Assembly (NCBI GenBank): GCA_902786815.1
Contig: CADADV010000006.1
Span: 50,344 to 114,343, forward strand
Direction of reading: 5' to 3'
Origin: an uncultured Eubacteriales bacterium
Lineage (GTDB): Bacteria > Bacillota > Clostridia > Peptostreptococcales > Anaerovoracaceae
Length of the DNA: 64,000 bases
Made by a program: the position numbers and the translations under genes
Notes under the pieces: model-generated
What the model saw: only the letters and a program-made list of their open reading frames with translations
The model's database searches: none
What the model was told of the DNA's origin: nothing
Shown: positions 61,223-64,000 of the stretch, piece by piece
Numbering within the stretch: the stretch's first letter is position 1
Layout of the letters: every line of letters starts with the position of its first letter

Positions 61223-62833
61223 CTATTTCACCACTACCTTCACGATGATATTCCTGGCTGCTGCTTTGTAGTTGGTGTTTGCAGCCGAAGTGACTTTCAC
61301 TTTGATTTTATAGGTTCCTTTTTTGGTCTTTTTCTTGACCGTGATCTTACCGGTCTTACTGTTGATGGAGAGTCTGGAGGAGCCGCTGAGTTTCCTGTAC
61401 TTCACTGCGCCGCCCCGTTTCTTGACAGTGATGGCGGAGACTGTCCGGGCCTTCTTCTTCAGTTTCGACGCCTTCAGCGTCTTCTTCGTCGCCTTTACTG
61501 TCATCTTCTGCCCGGCTCTGGCAATCTTATAGGTCGCCTTGGTAACACCGGTATAAGCGCCTTTGCCCGTGATGGTTACCGTGTAGGTGCCGGCGTTCTT
61601 TGAGGAGGAATTGGACCAGGTAGCGGTGTAATCGGTCCCCGCCTTCAGGGCCTTGCCACCAACGGTCTTGATTGATGGCCTCTGTACCTTGCCGTTGTAG
61701 GTGAAAGAAGCATCGGACAGAACGACCTTCGCGTCTTTGATGCTGCACTCCCACTTTGCTTTCAGGGTGATATCCTCTGTAACCGCCCATGCAAAATCAT
61801 ACAATTTCGTTTCGACCCCATTGAGAGTCCAGCCTAGGAAAGTGTAGCCTTCTCTTATCGGATCTGCCGGCTTTCGCACCTGCGCATAACGAGGAACGGT
61901 CATGACATTCGGCATCGTTCCGTTGTCCGGATCAAATGTCACTGTCGGGTCATCTGATGGAATCGCGTCTCCTGTCACATTGATGATCGAAATGGCGGGC
62001 GCGGCATTCGGATAATTCATGTGCTGCGGTCCGCTGGCGATGTAATATGTTCCCGGTGCTGTGAAACGGAACGTGCAGCCACCGTGTTCGTCTGTTACTG
62101 CAGCCAATTTAGACCAGGTGCTTCCCTGATCTGAAGAAACCCTGATCGCCTCACCGGCAAGGGGTGCCAGGGATGATGTGTTTCCAGACAATCCCGCATT
62201 CGTCGATGCACCTTTTAAATTGAATGTTGCTGTCTCCCCTATTCTCATGCTTTTGCTTTCCGGTTCGAAACAGCAGAAACCCCCTGAATTGTGGAATGTC
62301 CAGTCCTTGAACATTCCGATATCAATGGTGTCGCCTTCCTCCAGAACGATCTGGTCGCAGGTTGCGCCAATCCCCGGAGCCTTGACCGGATATGCGTGAT
62401 TGACAAAGTACATGAGGTTCTCGTCATGGCCCCAGAAATGCTTCAGATACAGGCTGCCCGGATTATTCGTGATCTCCATGGCGCTGCCTGCAAAATCTTC
62501 CGGCGTCATCGTCCTACCGAGGTAATACTGCTCCGTGATCCGGATGAACATATGGAGCAACGTCGGGTACTTCCCTTCCGCCCCGCTGTACTCAAACCGC
62601 TCAAGGCCATACGCGGCCAGATCGAAATACTCTACCGTAACAGGTGTTTCCGCGAGCAGGGTCCCCTCTGTTCCCCGCACGAAATCACCGTCCTCGCTCA
62701 CGGTCAGATAGACCGTCACAGCATCGCTCTCCGTCTGTGCATGCACCGACGGCGCATGAACAAGGAACAGCAAAAGCAACAATGCTGCGGTTATGATCAC
62801 GTGTATCGTTTTCTTTGCATCTATACAGATCAT
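61223..62833 (-). CDS. Secreted protein with an N-terminal DUF4430-like domain, an unknown beta domain, a Listeria-Bacteroides (Flg_new) repeat, an Ig-like module and a basic C-terminal module
   Basis: The signal peptide is IITAALLLLLFLVHAPSVHA. The DUF4430-like string is LYLKHFWGHDENLMYFVNHAYPVKAPGIGATCDQIVLEEGDTIDIGMF. VTFDPDNGTMP...REGYTFLGWTL...DITLKAKW is Flg_new-like. The C-terminus is KKKTKKGTYKIKVKVTSAANTNYKAAARNIIVKVVVK. Confidence 0.7.
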   Translation of the reverse strand: MICIDAKKTIHVIITAALLLLLFLVHAPSVHAQTESDAVTVYLTVSEDGDFVRGTEGTLLAETPVTVEYFDLAAYGLERFEYSGAEGKYPTLLHMFIRITEQYYLGRTMTPEDFAGSAMEITNNPGSLYLKHFWGHDENLMYFVNHAYPVKAPGIGATCDQIVLEEGDTIDIGMFKDWTFHNSGGFCCFEPESKSMRIGETATFNLKGASTNAGLSGNTSSLAPLAGEAIRVSSDQGSTWSKLAAVTDEHGGCTFRFTAPGTYYIASGPQHMNYPNAAPAISIINVTGDAIPSDDPTVTFDPDNGTMPNVMTVPRYAQVRKPADPIREGYTFLGWTLNGVETKLYDFAWAVTEDITLKAKWECSIKDAKVVLSDASFTYNGKVQRPSIKTVGGKALKAGTDYTATWSNSSSKNAGTYTVTITGKGAYTGVTKATYKIARAGQKMTVKATKKTLKASKLKKKARTVSAITVKKRGGAVKYRKLSGSSRLSINSKTGKITVKKKTKKGTYKIKVKVTSAANTNYKAAARNIIVKVVVK

Positions 62834-62854
62834 GCTATTCCCTCATCAGATCAC

Positions 62855-64000
62855 TCACTTAACCTTGATTTTTACGGTTACAGTCTTGCTGCCTGCTTTA
62901 TATTTCGCATTTCCGGCAGCGGTTACCTTCACTTTGATCTTATATGTTCCTTTTTTCGTTTTCTTCTTGACTGTGATATTGCCATTCTTGGCATTGATCG
63001 TCAGCTTGCTTGAAGAACCCTTCAGTTTCTTATATGTGACTTTGCCCTGATTCTTCTTGACGACCAGAGCCTTCTTGGCGATCTGTTTTTTCTTTTTCAG
63101 TTTCTTGTAGGATACCTTCTTTGTGACCGCCTTGACTGTCATCGGCTGCGTCTTCTTGACGACAGTCGGCTTTTCACTCTTTACGATATTGAACGTCACT
63201 TCTTTGGTTCCATAATAATCACCGATGCCAGTTACCGTAACCGTCGCCTTGCCAAGTTTTATGTTGTTCTTATACTCAACTGTGTAATCAACATTCTTCT
63301 TAAGCACACCTTCTGAATTAGCTGATCTTCCATACTTCTCACCTACAACAGATATCTTTGGCGTTATTGGTTTGCCAGTATACTTTTGGTCTGCAATTGC
63401 TGATACAGAAGTTATTGGCAATTTCCCATAGTTGTCAGTAAAGTACTGCGGATAATTCTGCTGGTATTTTTCATGTGCAATCTCAAAGCATGACTTACCA
63501 TTATATAAATCAACCAAAGCGCCTAAAGTCTGATATGTCGCCATACGGTTAGGACTGCCATATAGAACGCCACCATCGACTATCTCTCCACAAAGACAAG
63601 TCAGAAGACTCCCGTATTCTTCTTGAAAATCTCCTGTATTAAGATCTTCCGCAGACAATCCGGCCAGAACCAGTGTATTAACAGCAACGGCGCTACTGTC
63701 AGCATTATTACCTTTCCATATTTTACTGATATCTTCTGATTCTGAAGGATTCCATGTCATAGCGCCATTTATGCTAATATTATGGCCCGCTACCATCCTT
63801 ACGTATTTTGACAATGCATCTTTACATTGCTTGCCATACATAATATCATTTTCAAAAAATCGAAGCGCCATAAGTGACATTGAAAAGCTATCGCTTATAC
63901 CTTTATTTTCTGAACACCCACTGATCCAATCAACTTGTTTTTTGATTTGAGATCTTCTCATCTCACTGGTATATCCTTCTTCTGGCGTCGCTCCTGCGAT
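62855..64000 (-). CDS. Surface protein, C-terminal part: alpha/alpha-toroid-like domain, Ig-like module and basic C-terminal module. The 5' end lies beyond 64000.
   Basis: The frame stays open from 63961 to 64000 (IAGATPEEGYTSE precedes the track's Met). Helical-repeat sequence is present (FSMSLMALRFF, SSAVAVNTLVLAGL, MATYQTLGALVDL). The C-terminus KKKTKKGTYKIKVKVTAAGNAKYKAGSKTVTVKIKVK is nearly identical to that of 61223..62833. Confidence 0.65.
   Translation of the reverse strand: MAGATPEEGYTSEMRRSQIKKQVDWISGCSENKGISDSFSMSLMALRFFENDIMYGKQCKDALSKYVRMVAGHNISINGAMTWNPSESEDISKIWKGNNADSSAVAVNTLVLAGLSAEDLNTGDFQEEYGSLLTCLCGEIVDGGVLYGSPNRMATYQTLGALVDLYNGKSCFEIAHEKYQQNYPQYFTDNYGKLPITSVSAIADQKYTGKPITPKISVVGEKYGRSANSEGVLKKNVDYTVEYKNNIKLGKATVTVTGIGDYYGTKEVTFNIVKSEKPTVVKKTQPMTVKAVTKKVSYKKLKKKKQIAKKALVVKKNQGKVTYKKLKGSSSKLTINAKNGNITVKKKTKKGTYKIKVKVTAAGNAKYKAGSKTVTVKIKVK

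Noticed and set aside
61223-63130. DNA-level similarity between the 3' ends of two adjacent genes, considered as a mobile element or an assembly duplication
   Set aside because: The similarity is confined to in-frame coding modules and is diverged (about 70 to 80% by eye). No terminal inverted repeats or transposase are present. It is a paralogous domain, not a mobile element.

Overview
A roughly 55% GC chromosomal segment that looks Clostridia-type (Bacillota, probably a gut anaerobe). It is coding-dense and transcribed almost entirely on the minus strand. About 70% of the window is cobalamin (B12) biology, organised behind four separate cobalamin riboswitches. (1) A minus-strand operon runs cbiD-F-G-H-J-ET-A-B-cobD-cbiP-cbiC-btuFCD (45.7 to 29.9 kb). 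(2) A minus-strand operon runs cbiL, an ABC-2 pair, cbiK, an unknown surface protein, sirC, hemC, cobA/hemD and hemB (24.1 to 15.8 kb). (3) A plus-strand pair encodes a secreted CbiK-like lipoprotein and a paralogous unknown lipoprotein (27.3 to 29.8 kb). (4) A 14-kb, 10-gene minus-strand operon (61.1 to 46.6 kb) is the most interesting part. It joins MoxR, DUF58 and a transglutaminase-like membrane protein to a prenyltransferase-like alpha/alpha-toroid lipoprotein, two DUF4430 (transcobalamin-like C-terminal domain) proteins, a 1204-aa beta-propeller surface protein and a dedicated ECF transporter. I read this as a candidate, apparently undescribed, Gram-positive surface corrinoid-capture and uptake machine. 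Two more toroid and DUF4430-like surface proteins lie upstream (61.2 to 64.0 kb). The rest of the window holds an edge-truncated VaFE/CnaB-type adhesin, an OmpR/HK two-component pair, radA, an EF-G paralog, RNase M5, a metallophosphoesterase, a DUF819 transporter-like protein, a C11 clostripain-like membrane protease, a hicAB toxin-antitoxin pair, and a 279-nt GC-rich structured intergenic element of unknown identity. No rRNA, tRNA, CRISPR or transposase was seen. All calls come from reading the sequence and translations by eye; no searches were run.
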